Of a stretch of 64,000 bases of DNA, positions 8,453-17,058 are shown piece after piece. Location of the stretch: NCBI GenBank assembly GCA_038204425.1, contig JBBRCZ010000013.1, positions 1-64,000 of the forward strand, in the 5' to 3' direction. Below the pieces are notes generated by a model. The model saw nothing but the letters and a program-made list of their open reading frames with translations, was not told where the DNA came from and made no database searches. The DNA is from Spirochaetia bacterium (GTDB lineage: Bacteria > Spirochaetota > Spirochaetia > DSM-27196 > Salinispiraceae). Position 1 is the stretch's first letter, and every line of letters starts with the position of its first letter. A program made the position numbers and the translations under genes.

Positions 8453-9688
8453 ATGAAGCTATTGAACAAAGCCAAAGTACTTATGCCAAGACCTATAGAA
8501 GTCGTGGCATGGATCATAGTCTTGTCTCTTGTCGCTGTATCTCCTGCTATTGCGGTTGACTTTAGCTTTTCATTTAAGACCGGAGACTCCTACCGAATTC
8601 TCAGTCAAGTGCGCCAAGATGTTTATGTTGATGGTGTTTTTTCTCACGTTGGTGACCAGCTAAATCGCATCGTGGTCAAAGTTGGAGAAGTCAAGGATGG
8701 CAAAGCATTTCACCAGTTGGAGTACAGTAATTCCGCAGAAGCCAGAAACCCAAACCAAGTCTACCAGTTTGACCGTCGTTACAGTGCCACTTTTTGGCGT
8801 GACAAGCGTGGCAACTACCAAATTGATCCTAATCTTTTTGTGCCCACCGTACAGGATGTACCAGTCTTTCCTAACCGCGACCTCAAACCTGGCGACACTT
8901 GGTCGGCTCCAGGCCGTGAAATTCACGACATGCGAGAAGGGCTGGGTATGGCCAAGCCTTTGGTCTTCCCGATGCCTGTCAGTTACCTCTATGAAGGCAA
9001 GGCCACGTGGGAAGGCAAAGAATATGACTTACTGCGTATTGACTACAATGTCTATTATCGACCAGAACAGGCTGACCGCCAAACTTCGCCGGTCAGTCTA
9101 ATTACAGGTTTCTCACGACAGCGCATGTTCTGGGACACCTCAGCCGGGCGGCCTGTTTACTATGACGAGCAGTACGCCATCAATTTGCAGCTCACTGACG
9201 GTCGGCGCGTGTCGTTTGAGGGAACTGCCAACGCAAGAGTACTAGTAGAAAGCAACTTGGAAATAGAAAAAGGGATTGAGCAGCTTAGGCAAGATTTGCG
9301 CAAAAATAAAGTAGAAAACGTATCGGTACGTGAGACGGAGCACGGTATAACCATCGCTATAGAGAATATTCAGTTTGCTCCTGATTCTGCTCAACTGCTG
9401 CCAGGGGAGATCCGTAAGCTAGAAACTATCTCAGGGTTGCTTGCGCGCTGGCCAGATAAGGATTTGTTGATTAGTGGACATACGGCCTTGGCCGGCAACG
9501 AACAGGGCCGGCAAAAACTGAGCGAAGAACGAGCGCAAACGGTCGGCCAATACTTGCTGGACCAAGGGGTGCGCAAACGCGATCAGGTAGTCTTTGAGGG
9601 CCGCGCTGCCAGCCAGCCTCTGGCGGAAAATACCACCGAAGCTGGCCGATCGCGCAATCGACGGGTCGAAATTACTATTCTGAAGTAA
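8453..9688 (+). CDS. OmpA-family protein (C-terminal peptidoglycan-binding domain)
   Basis: Signal peptide, IQFAPDSAQL, ISGHTA, LSEERAQTV, NRRVEITI. AAGGAG before ATG 8453. Confidence 0.92.
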   Translation: MKLLNKAKVLMPRPIEVVAWIIVLSLVAVSPAIAVDFSFSFKTGDSYRILSQVRQDVYVDGVFSHVGDQLNRIVVKVGEVKDGKAFHQLEYSNSAEARNPNQVYQFDRRYSATFWRDKRGNYQIDPNLFVPTVQDVPVFPNRDLKPGDTWSAPGREIHDMREGLGMAKPLVFPMPVSYLYEGKATWEGKEYDLLRIDYNVYYRPEQADRQTSPVSLITGFSRQRMFWDTSAGRPVYYDEQYAINLQLTDGRRVSFEGTANARVLVESNLEIEKGIEQLRQDLRKNKVENVSVRETEHGITIAIENIQFAPDSAQLLPGEIRKLETISGLLARWPDKDLLISGHTALAGNEQGRQKLSEERAQTVGQYLLDQGVRKRDQVVFEGRAASQPLAENTTEAGRSRNRRVEITILK

Positions 9689-9707
9689 CGCTAGTGATAA
9701 ACTTTGC

Positions 9708-10367
9708 CTAGGGATTGATTTTTATGCCCAACTGCAATTGGTCACCAGACACCAGAAAATACGGCCGAGCATCAAACTTTATCCGTCCATCTGCCAGTTT
9801 TTCTTTGGCAAGGTCGTTGGCGTGGCTGGCGGTCAGTTCAAGATACAGACTTCGTAGTACTGATCCTCCAATCCATGCGGCTAGGCTGGGCAAGAGATCA
9901 AGGAAACTGAGTCCATCCCAAGCTGCGTTCACTTGGCTTCTGCTGGCACCAAAATAGTCGAGACTGTCAAACTTAACTTGCGGTGGGAGCAGGGCATAGC
10001 TGCTGGCTATGGTTGCAGCTATAAGTGCCACGTCCAATGACACAAAAAGTACACCGTAGCCGTCTTCATTTTGGCTAAAGTGACCAAGGCCGCCCAAAAA
10101 GTGGGCTTTTTTGCTTATCTGATCTAACCAAGCTTTTTCTTGCTTGAGCACTGAGAGATCGGCCAGCATCTTGAGGAAAGTTGTAGTGCGGATTTCGCCC
10201 AAATACTTAGCGTCAAGACTTGATAGCCACTGATTGACGAGCGCTTCTTCTTTTTGAGTGTATTCTTTGTTTTTTGATTCTTTGGCACCAAGGCCGGTGC
10301 TTGCGAATATAAGTACGACAAGCATCAAGAGTAGGATTTTTGCAGAACTGTTAGTTTTCTTGAACAT
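9708..10367 (-). CDS. Hypothetical exported/membrane protein
   Basis: Signal peptide, GLGHFSQNEDGYGVLF plus hydrophobic hairpin loosely reminiscent of P13/DUF5683-type proteins. AAGGAG SD. Confidence 0.6.
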   Translation of the reverse strand: MFKKTNSSAKILLLMLVVLIFASTGLGAKESKNKEYTQKEEALVNQWLSSLDAKYLGEIRTTTFLKMLADLSVLKQEKAWLDQISKKAHFLGGLGHFSQNEDGYGVLFVSLDVALIAATIASSYALLPPQVKFDSLDYFGASRSQVNAAWDGLSFLDLLPSLAAWIGGSVLRSLYLELTASHANDLAKEKLADGRIKFDARPYFLVSGDQLQLGIKINP

Positions 10368-10407
10368 TAGTAAATCTCCTTGAGGCCAGTATACCATGGT
10401 TTTGCCT

Positions 10408-10436
10408 TTGTGCCTTTTTTGGCTTTATGTTACTCT
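10408..10436 (+). promoter_or_regulatory. sigma70-type promoter, leaderless rsmE
   Basis: TTGTGC-17-TACTCT with extended TG, 6 nt before ATG 10443, no SD. Confidence 0.55.
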
Positions 10437-10442
10437 CAGGTT

Positions 10443-11240
10443 ATGAACTGCGTGATATTTACCAAAGAGGAATGGGGCCAGAACTTGCCCAGCCATGACG
10501 AACGCAGCATACATTTGAGAGAAGTTTTGCGCGTGCAAGCAGGCGACCAGCTTAAGGTTGGGCTGCTTGGAGCGGGATACGCAACTGCGCTAGTCAAGCG
10601 CTGCGATCGCACTGGTACCGAGTTGAGCTTTCCTGCACCTGAGCAGCTAAGCACTTTAGCTGCTGTCGTGCCTGTGCGACTCATCTTGGCTCACCCGCGA
10701 CCGCCAGTGATGCAGCGCCTGCTAAAGGACATCAACGCCCTCGATATCCAAAAAATAGATATTGTACTAGGACAGTTGGCAGAGAAGTCTTACTTTGAAA
10801 GCAAAATTTGGAAGAACAAACACTACGAGTCTTTTCTTTTACAAGGAGCGTGTCAGGGTGGTGTGCCTCGTCTTAGTCAACTAACGCGCCATTGGAGCCT
10901 GCAGGCGGCACTAACTAGCATGCCGGGCACACTTTCTGATGCAAGTCACAAGATAGTATTTGATCTCGGCAGTAAGCTGCCCAGCTTTTTAGATCTGTGC
11001 CACCAGATTGCTCACAGCGCTGGCTTTTCTGAGTTTAGCCAACAACCAGAGATAGTTGTCGCCGTTGGCTGCGAGCGAGGCTGGAGCTATCAAGAACGCG
11101 CCATTTTTGGGCAGGCCGGATTTACAAGCTATTCGTTAGGGTCTAGTATTTTGAGGACCGAGGCGGCCGTCAACCTGGCCTTGGGCATGCTTTGTTTGGC
11201 CCTTACTACTGCCACTAGCAAGCAAAGACAAGCAGAGTAA
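10443..11240 (+). CDS. rsmE: 16S rRNA m3U1498 methyltransferase
   Basis: HLREVLR, SPOUT knot VAVGCERGWS and SLGSSILRTEAA. Confidence 0.9.
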   Translation: MNCVIFTKEEWGQNLPSHDERSIHLREVLRVQAGDQLKVGLLGAGYATALVKRCDRTGTELSFPAPEQLSTLAAVVPVRLILAHPRPPVMQRLLKDINALDIQKIDIVLGQLAEKSYFESKIWKNKHYESFLLQGACQGGVPRLSQLTRHWSLQAALTSMPGTLSDASHKIVFDLGSKLPSFLDLCHQIAHSAGFSEFSQQPEIVVAVGCERGWSYQERAIFGQAGFTSYSLGSSILRTEAAVNLALGMLCLALTTATSKQRQAE

Positions 11241-12454
11241 TGCTGCCAGAAGTATTTCCTCCCAGCGCATCGCGCGTCAAAAAACAGATAGAAGGTCGGG
11301 ACCACGTCTTTGCCTTAGTACTGCCGCCGGGGCTAGAAGAACTTGCGACCAAAGAAGCACAAGAACTCGGACTGACAAGACTTGAAGCCAATAAAGGTGA
11401 CGCTTCGATCTTTGAGTTTGCCGGTCGTATGGCCCAACTTTACCGAGCCAGTACCCAGTTGCGACTCGCCGGGCGTATTTTGCTTCGCGTGGCGGATTTT
11501 CATGCCTCTGCCCGAGAAGAGCTGTTTCGCCAACTCTACAAGATCCCGTGGGAGCTATGGTTGCGACCGGGGCTGTTGCGCGTCGACGCACATATCAAAA
11601 CCAGCCGCATTTCTCACGAGGGTATGGCCAGTCAGACGACCAGCGAGGCAATCATGCGTCGCTGGCTGGCCGCAGGTTTGACCGACGTTGACCAGAGCAT
11701 ACAACACAGAATCATCATTCGACTGGAAGATAACCGTGCATTGGTCAGCATTGACGCCTCAGGTCAAGGTCTCTACCATCGCGGCTGGCGAATCGAGCAA
11801 GCTCAGGCTCCTTTGCGAGAAAACTTGGCGGCAGGAATTTTAAAAGCCGCAGGCTGGCCCGAGCGGGTCTCGGCCCTGCTCGATCCGATGTGTGGATCCG
11901 GTACATTTTCTATTGAGGCTTGGGGAATCAAACACGGCTTAGCTGCCCCCAGCGACAGAAAATGGGCGTTTTTTGACTGGCCTGTCTTTACGCCAAAAAC
12001 ATTTGCCTACCACAGTCGCAGCCAAGAGTCTAAGCTGCCCGACTTCTGCAAAGTACAAGCAATGTGGACAAGTGACCAGGACGCTAATCTTGTAGAAAAA
12101 GCCAAGCGCAACTTCCAACGATACGCTAGTCCCGGGGCCTTAGATGCACCAGTCTTTTCTTGTGCGGACTTTTTTGAGATAGATCCGCATGCTTTGCGGT
12201 CATCTTTGCCAGCCAATGAAAAAAGAGCGCCTTTGTTGGTGCTAAACCCACCCTATGGCTTGAGACTTGAGTCGGGAGACAACAGATTCTTTGAAAGATT
12301 GTACCAAGAGCTTGTAAGCCGATTTACCGGTTGGCGGGTTGCCGTGCTAGCGCTTAGCCACCAAGCACCCCCCGCGGCAATCAAAAGATTTAGACCAGTG
12401 CTTAAACTAAGGCACGGCGGTTTGGACACCAGTGTTTGGTTTTTGCAATTATAG
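11240..12454 (+). CDS. THUMP-domain RNA methyltransferase (RlmL/YpsC-like)
   Basis: PPGLEEL, SIDASGQGLYHRGWR, APLRENLAAG, DPMCGSGT, NPPYG. Confidence 0.9.
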   Translation: MLPEVFPPSASRVKKQIEGRDHVFALVLPPGLEELATKEAQELGLTRLEANKGDASIFEFAGRMAQLYRASTQLRLAGRILLRVADFHASAREELFRQLYKIPWELWLRPGLLRVDAHIKTSRISHEGMASQTTSEAIMRRWLAAGLTDVDQSIQHRIIIRLEDNRALVSIDASGQGLYHRGWRIEQAQAPLRENLAAGILKAAGWPERVSALLDPMCGSGTFSIEAWGIKHGLAAPSDRKWAFFDWPVFTPKTFAYHSRSQESKLPDFCKVQAMWTSDQDANLVEKAKRNFQRYASPGALDAPVFSCADFFEIDPHALRSSLPANEKRAPLLVLNPPYGLRLESGDNRFFERLYQELVSRFTGWRVAVLALSHQAPPAAIKRFRPVLKLRHGGLDTSVWFLQL

Positions 12455-12460
12455 ATTTTG

Positions 12461-12496
12461 ATCAACTTCGCGTTAATCAACTTCGCGTCAATCAAC
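12461..12496. repeat. Tandem repeat, 2.4 x 15 bp ATCAACTTCGCGT(T/C)A
   Basis: Copies at 12461 and 12476 and a partial copy at 12491, between convergent stop codons. Confidence 0.85.
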
Positions 12497-13394
12497 CAGA
12501 CTTGGCGTCAGCCTTGTTCTGGTAGTCTTTGCGCAGCTTTTGAGCTGGGAGACTGGATCGAATACGCTTAAATTGAGTATCTAGATAGCTTGTCATGTCG
12601 CTCTGAAAAGTACTACAGATCATGGCATTGAGTTTTGACCTTGTTATGTCGTCCAGGCCTTCTTTGTCCAAGTTATTTTTAAAAACGAAGACATACATTG
12701 GCTTGCCTTGTACAACTCTTTTAATTGCCAACATGGCGTTGACCATACACATAGTACCCGACAAAAGCAGTTGGATATTGCTCATCTTCTTGTACAAAGC
12801 CATCTCTGGTTCTTTATCAACAAACTCGCAAGAAAAATGGCTAATACTGATGTCTTTGACAAGTCCCTCATACTTGATGCCGTCATGGACCAGATTGAGT
12901 CTATATTTTTCGGAACACAAAAGCCGGATGCTTTTTCTTCTGCCCGCGGCTTGGTTTGCGGTCAACACATCAAGCAAAAGGCTCTGGTTGCGAGATTTGG
13001 AAAAATGCATTGGAATGCAACCACAGTTAATACCAATATTAAAGAGAAACGCTTTTTCGAGTTTTCGGCTGATTTCGGGTGTATGCACATTCTTGTACAA
13101 GACGCCAATGCGAATATTTTCTTGGTACTGTTTTTGAAGGTTTGCAATGTATTCTATCCACTTGGGTATACTCGAGGACTTATCTATCGTAATGAAGAGA
13201 ATCAGCTCCTTAAATATCTTAATCAGGTACTCAATCTTTTGACCCAACTGGAGGTAGGGGTCATCAAGCAGCAGATAGGTTTCGAAACCTTGCAGAAAAG
13301 CGGACTCGACAAATGACTCGGAAATCATTGACAGATCAGGAGTAACAAAAAATACCTTAATACCTTCAGTTCTTTCTATTTCTATTTTTGCCAT
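12492..13394 (-). CDS. Protein with C-terminal PilZ-like domain
   Basis: RRKSIR (RxxxR) followed about 25 aa later by DISISH, a DxSxxG-like variant. Confidence 0.65.
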   Translation of the reverse strand: MAKIEIERTEGIKVFFVTPDLSMISESFVESAFLQGFETYLLLDDPYLQLGQKIEYLIKIFKELILFITIDKSSSIPKWIEYIANLQKQYQENIRIGVLYKNVHTPEISRKLEKAFLFNIGINCGCIPMHFSKSRNQSLLLDVLTANQAAGRRKSIRLLCSEKYRLNLVHDGIKYEGLVKDISISHFSCEFVDKEPEMALYKKMSNIQLLLSGTMCMVNAMLAIKRVVQGKPMYVFVFKNNLDKEGLDDITRSKLNAMICSTFQSDMTSYLDTQFKRIRSSLPAQKLRKDYQNKADAKSG

Positions 13395-13537
13395 GATTAA
13401 TCCTTGTTTTTAAATTGACACACTCCCTGCCCAGACTGGTGATGCTAATTCTAAGCCCTGATAAATGATAACACAAGCAAAAATCTCAAATATGATTGAT
13501 AGACCAACGAGCTTGCAGTACTATCGTGCTAACAGTT

Positions 13538-14260
13538 ATGAACTTAACCGAGTCAAAGAAAATTAAAGAACGGGACTTGTCAGCGCCTGTAAAAGAGTGG
13601 TTTGAGGCGCAGGGCTATCAAGTTTTTGGCGAGGTAAAGCACTGTGACTTGGTTGCGCGCAAGCAAACTGAACTAATAGCAATCGAACTTAAGCTTGGAT
13701 TTTCTCTCGCTTTGGTCTACCAAGGCCTTAGACGACAAGAACACTGCCACACCGTTTACCTCGCTGTTGCGCTAAATAACGGCAAGAGCACTATTCCCAA
13801 ACTCAACGAGGTCAGGCGTCTGTGTATGCGCTTAAAACTTGGCCTCATAGTTGTAAAATTTCTCAAGAGCAAAACCAAGGTCGAGCTTGCTTGTAAACCT
13901 GATGAACTGATAATTAAAAATCGTCCTGCAAAGAGGGCGGCCATAATTAAGGAGATAGACGGACGCTACGCTGAGTTTAACTCCGGTGGCTTGCCATCGT
14001 CTGTTAGAAAGATGTCCGCCTATCGTCAGCGCTCATTGGTGCTTGCATGGTTACTTTCTAGCCTTGATGGCGGCTCGAGTCCTAGTAAACTCATTGAGCG
14101 TGGCGGCGATAGTCGAGCGGGTTTGATGCTCAATGCCAACTACTACGGCTGGTTTGATCACCCTGCCAGAGGACTTTACTCACTTTCTGTTGAAGGAAAG
14201 CAAGCCTTGCTCCACTATATACAAGAGCTAGAAGTGATAAAAAAGAGCTTACTAGCCTAA
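13538..14260 (+). CDS. DUF2161-family putative PD-(D/E)XK protein
   Basis: KERDL..PVK..FE.QGY.V.GEVKHCDLVA, IELK, AYRQ, NYYGWF...RGLY.L motifs. Confidence 0.85.
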   Translation: MNLTESKKIKERDLSAPVKEWFEAQGYQVFGEVKHCDLVARKQTELIAIELKLGFSLALVYQGLRRQEHCHTVYLAVALNNGKSTIPKLNEVRRLCMRLKLGLIVVKFLKSKTKVELACKPDELIIKNRPAKRAAIIKEIDGRYAEFNSGGLPSSVRKMSAYRQRSLVLAWLLSSLDGGSSPSKLIERGGDSRAGLMLNANYYGWFDHPARGLYSLSVEGKQALLHYIQELEVIKKSLLA

Positions 14261-14306
14261 GCCGTAAGATTACCTAGCGACTCAGGTCTAAACTGCATTT
14301 TTTGGA

Positions 14307-14525
14307 TTAAGTAGTCGCAACTTCTTTTTTTTTGCTATTCCAACGACGAGCTTTTTCTAGACAGGTGTCACAAAGCTGGCCTGTCTTGGTTTCAAGACCA
14401 CAGCGTGGACACAGGCCATCTTTTTTGCGGCTCAGGTACAGAGCACGGCGGGCTTCGTTGGCTTCCTCTTGATGTAAAAAATACCAGCGACGATAGCGTT
14501 CGGCGCCTGTAGGATCTTTAGCCAT
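14307..14525 (-). CDS. Small basic zinc-ribbon protein
   Basis: 72 aa with CPRC-x9-CDTC. AAAGGAAG SD upstream of the ATG. Confidence 0.7.
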   Translation of the reverse strand: MAKDPTGAERYRRWYFLHQEEANEARRALYLSRKKDGLCPRCGLETKTGQLCDTCLEKARRWNSKKKEVATT

Positions 14526-14687
14526 GATAGCTTCCTTTTGCCTGGGAGGCGAAACAAGATTTTTACATTACCGATGACGGTAAGCATTCCTATAGTAAAC
14601 AACTAACAGGAGCACTAGAAAGTTACACTAACAGAATGGTATTTGAAAGTAAAGTTTTAGCATTGTCAATTTGGCATATTATGTGAC

Positions 14688-14715
14688 TTTACAAGCCAAA
14701 AATCACGGATATAAT
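14688..14715 (+). promoter_or_regulatory. sigma70-type promoter for galTK
   Basis: TTTACA-16-TATAAT about 50 nt upstream of galT. Confidence 0.55.
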
Positions 14716-14765
14716 GCCTAAAAAAGAACCGCAAGCTGGCCAATACTTTGATCCAAGGAGTTTGT

Positions 14766-15797
14766 ATGAATCTCGAAGACACGCCACATCGTCGCTATAG
14801 TCCATTGACGGGGGAATGGATCTTAGTTTCTCCCCATCGGACCAAGCGCCCTTGGAACGGCAAGATAGAAGCTTTGCCTGCCACGGTGATGCCCAAACAT
14901 GACCCGAGCTGCAATCTATGCCCAGGAAATCCAAGGGCAGGCGGCCAGATTAACCCCGACTACCATGAGCCTTTTGTTTTTGCCAACGACTTTGCGGCCC
15001 TGTTGCCAGACACAGCTCAGGACAGTTTTAACGAGGCTGATTTGCTCAGAGCAGAGGCAGAGTCTGGTGCCTGCAAAGTAATTTGCTTTTCCCCGCGCCA
15101 CGACTTAACCCTTGCACGTATGTCTTTGCCAGAAGTTAGCTCTGTTGTAGATACCTGGAAGCGTGAATACGAGCTGCTTGCCGTCAATAAAGACATCAAT
15201 TATGTGCAGATCTTTGAGAACAGAGGTGAAGTGATGGGTTGTTCCAACCCTCATCCGCATGGTCAGATTTGGTCCAATCGAAGTATCCCCGACATTCCAG
15301 CCAAAGAGGGCGAATGCCAAAACGCTTGGCTGGCCAAACGCGGCACAAGTCTCTTGTTGGACTATCTTGATTTGGAACGAAGCAAGGCAGAGCGACTTAT
15401 ATTCGAAAACGAAGCCTGGACCGCACTGGTGCCTTTTTGGGCAGTCTGGCCTTATGAGACTATGATTGTGCCTCGCTTTAAAATTAGCAACTTGAGCCAG
15501 CTAGAACCAAAACAGGCAGACTTGCTTGCTGACGCCCTCGGGCGCATGACTCGCCGTTTTGATCAGCTTTTTCAAACTAGCTTTCCTTATTCGATGGGCA
15601 TCCACCAAAGCCCTTGTGATGGCAAAGATCATCCTGAGTGGCAATTGCACATTCACTTTTTGCCACCTTTGCTGCGCAGTGCGACCGTCAAAAAATTTAT
15701 GGTAGGTTACGAAATGCTTGCCATGCCGCAGCGCGACATCACTGCCGAAATGAGCGCAGCCAAGTTGCGTTCTGTCAGCGAAGAAGTCTTGGCATGA
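14766..15797 (+). CDS. galT: Galactose-1-phosphate uridylyltransferase
   Basis: HRRYSPLTGEWILVSPHRTKRPW, catalytic GCSNPHPHGQ, KKFMVGYEML. AAGGAG SD. Confidence 0.97.
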   Translation: MNLEDTPHRRYSPLTGEWILVSPHRTKRPWNGKIEALPATVMPKHDPSCNLCPGNPRAGGQINPDYHEPFVFANDFAALLPDTAQDSFNEADLLRAEAESGACKVICFSPRHDLTLARMSLPEVSSVVDTWKREYELLAVNKDINYVQIFENRGEVMGCSNPHPHGQIWSNRSIPDIPAKEGECQNAWLAKRGTSLLLDYLDLERSKAERLIFENEAWTALVPFWAVWPYETMIVPRFKISNLSQLEPKQADLLADALGRMTRRFDQLFQTSFPYSMGIHQSPCDGKDHPEWQLHIHFLPPLLRSATVKKFMVGYEMLAMPQRDITAEMSAAKLRSVSEEVLA

Positions 15798-17035
15798 GGC
15801 CACAGCTAGGTCAACAAAGAAAGGACATGCTAACGCAGTCTTTTGCTAGCTGTTTTGGAAAAGGCACAGAGCTGCATGGAGCACCTTATTCTAATGGCCA
15901 AAGCTTGCGCTTTTTTTCCGCGCCTGGACGAACTGAACTTGGCGGAAATCATACTGACCACAACCAAGGTAAAGTATTGGCGGCGGCCATCAATCTGGAA
16001 GCCTCAGCGGCAGTCGCTGAGCGCAGTGACTCGATCGTTAGGATCGTTTCTAAAGGTTGGCAGCAAGTCTTTTCTGTCGACCTGCAGGACTTGCAAGCAT
16101 ATGTCGAGGAACAGGGAACTACGCAGTCATTGCTGCGTGGCATAGCAGCCAGCTTTGTAAGGCGTGGGCTAAAAATTGGGGGCTTTGACGCTTGGCTTGA
16201 GTCGTCGGTCTTGCCGGGTTCTGGTTTGTCATCCTCGGCGGCTATTGAGGTTTTGTTAGGCTGTATATTTTCGGCACTATTTAATGCTGATAGCGTATTG
16301 CCGTCAGATCTTGCCCTCATCGGTCAAGAGGCTGAGAATATCTACTTTGGAAAACCGTGCGGATTGATGGACCAGATGGCGTGTGCACATGGTGGCGCAC
16401 TGGCTATAGATTTTGGTAATCCCAAACAAGCCAGTATCAAAACCCTCGATCTCAATTTTGCAAATTTTGGCTATCGATTGGCGATTGTGGACACTGGTGG
16501 TTCACACGCCAACTTAACCGACGAGTATGCGTCAATACCAAGTGAGATGAAATCAGTAGCCAAGTTTTTTGGCAAAGAAGTCTTGAGAGAACTTGAGGAA
16601 GATACTTTTTATGCGGCGCTCGCTGAGCTAAAAACTAAGCTCTCTCATCGCGCTATTAGTCGTGCGATGCATTTTTACGGCGAAAATCGCCGCGTTGACC
16701 AAATGGTCTTGGCCTTGGAAAACAAGCAGATCGACACTTACCTCGACTTAGTTAATGACTCAGGTAGCTCATCTAGTCTGCTGCTTCAGAATATAGCGCC
16801 CAGCTCTGGTCGCGCCGAGCAAGCTATTTGTTTAGGGCTGGGGCTCGCACAACGTTTGCTTGGCAAGCAAGGAGCAAGCCGTGTTCATGGCGGCGGGCTG
16901 GCAGGCACTATTCAAGCCTATGTGCCTGATGACAAAGCCGAGAAATTTGAGCGAGAAATGCAGGCGGTTTTTGGCCATGGCAGCGTCTACCTTTTGGATA
17001 TTCGTTTGGGGAGCGCTGGAGAACTGCGCTCCTAG
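15794..17035 (+). CDS. galK: Galactokinase
   Basis: APGRTELGGNHTDHN, GHMP motif PGSGLSSSAA, CGLMDQ, RVHGGG. ATGA overlap with galT. Confidence 0.95.
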   Translation: MRPQLGQQRKDMLTQSFASCFGKGTELHGAPYSNGQSLRFFSAPGRTELGGNHTDHNQGKVLAAAINLEASAAVAERSDSIVRIVSKGWQQVFSVDLQDLQAYVEEQGTTQSLLRGIAASFVRRGLKIGGFDAWLESSVLPGSGLSSSAAIEVLLGCIFSALFNADSVLPSDLALIGQEAENIYFGKPCGLMDQMACAHGGALAIDFGNPKQASIKTLDLNFANFGYRLAIVDTGGSHANLTDEYASIPSEMKSVAKFFGKEVLRELEEDTFYAALAELKTKLSHRAISRAMHFYGENRRVDQMVLALENKQIDTYLDLVNDSGSSSSLLLQNIAPSSGRAEQAICLGLGLAQRLLGKQGASRVHGGGLAGTIQAYVPDDKAEKFEREMQAVFGHGSVYLLDIRLGSAGELRS

Positions 17036-17058
17036 CTCGACCAACTCAGATAGCGCAG

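Noticed and set aside
13538..14525. DUF2161 nuclease-like gene plus Zn-ribbon gene as a defence or toxin-antitoxin module
   Set aside because: The genes are convergent rather than co-transcribed, and there is no methylase, ATPase or island context.
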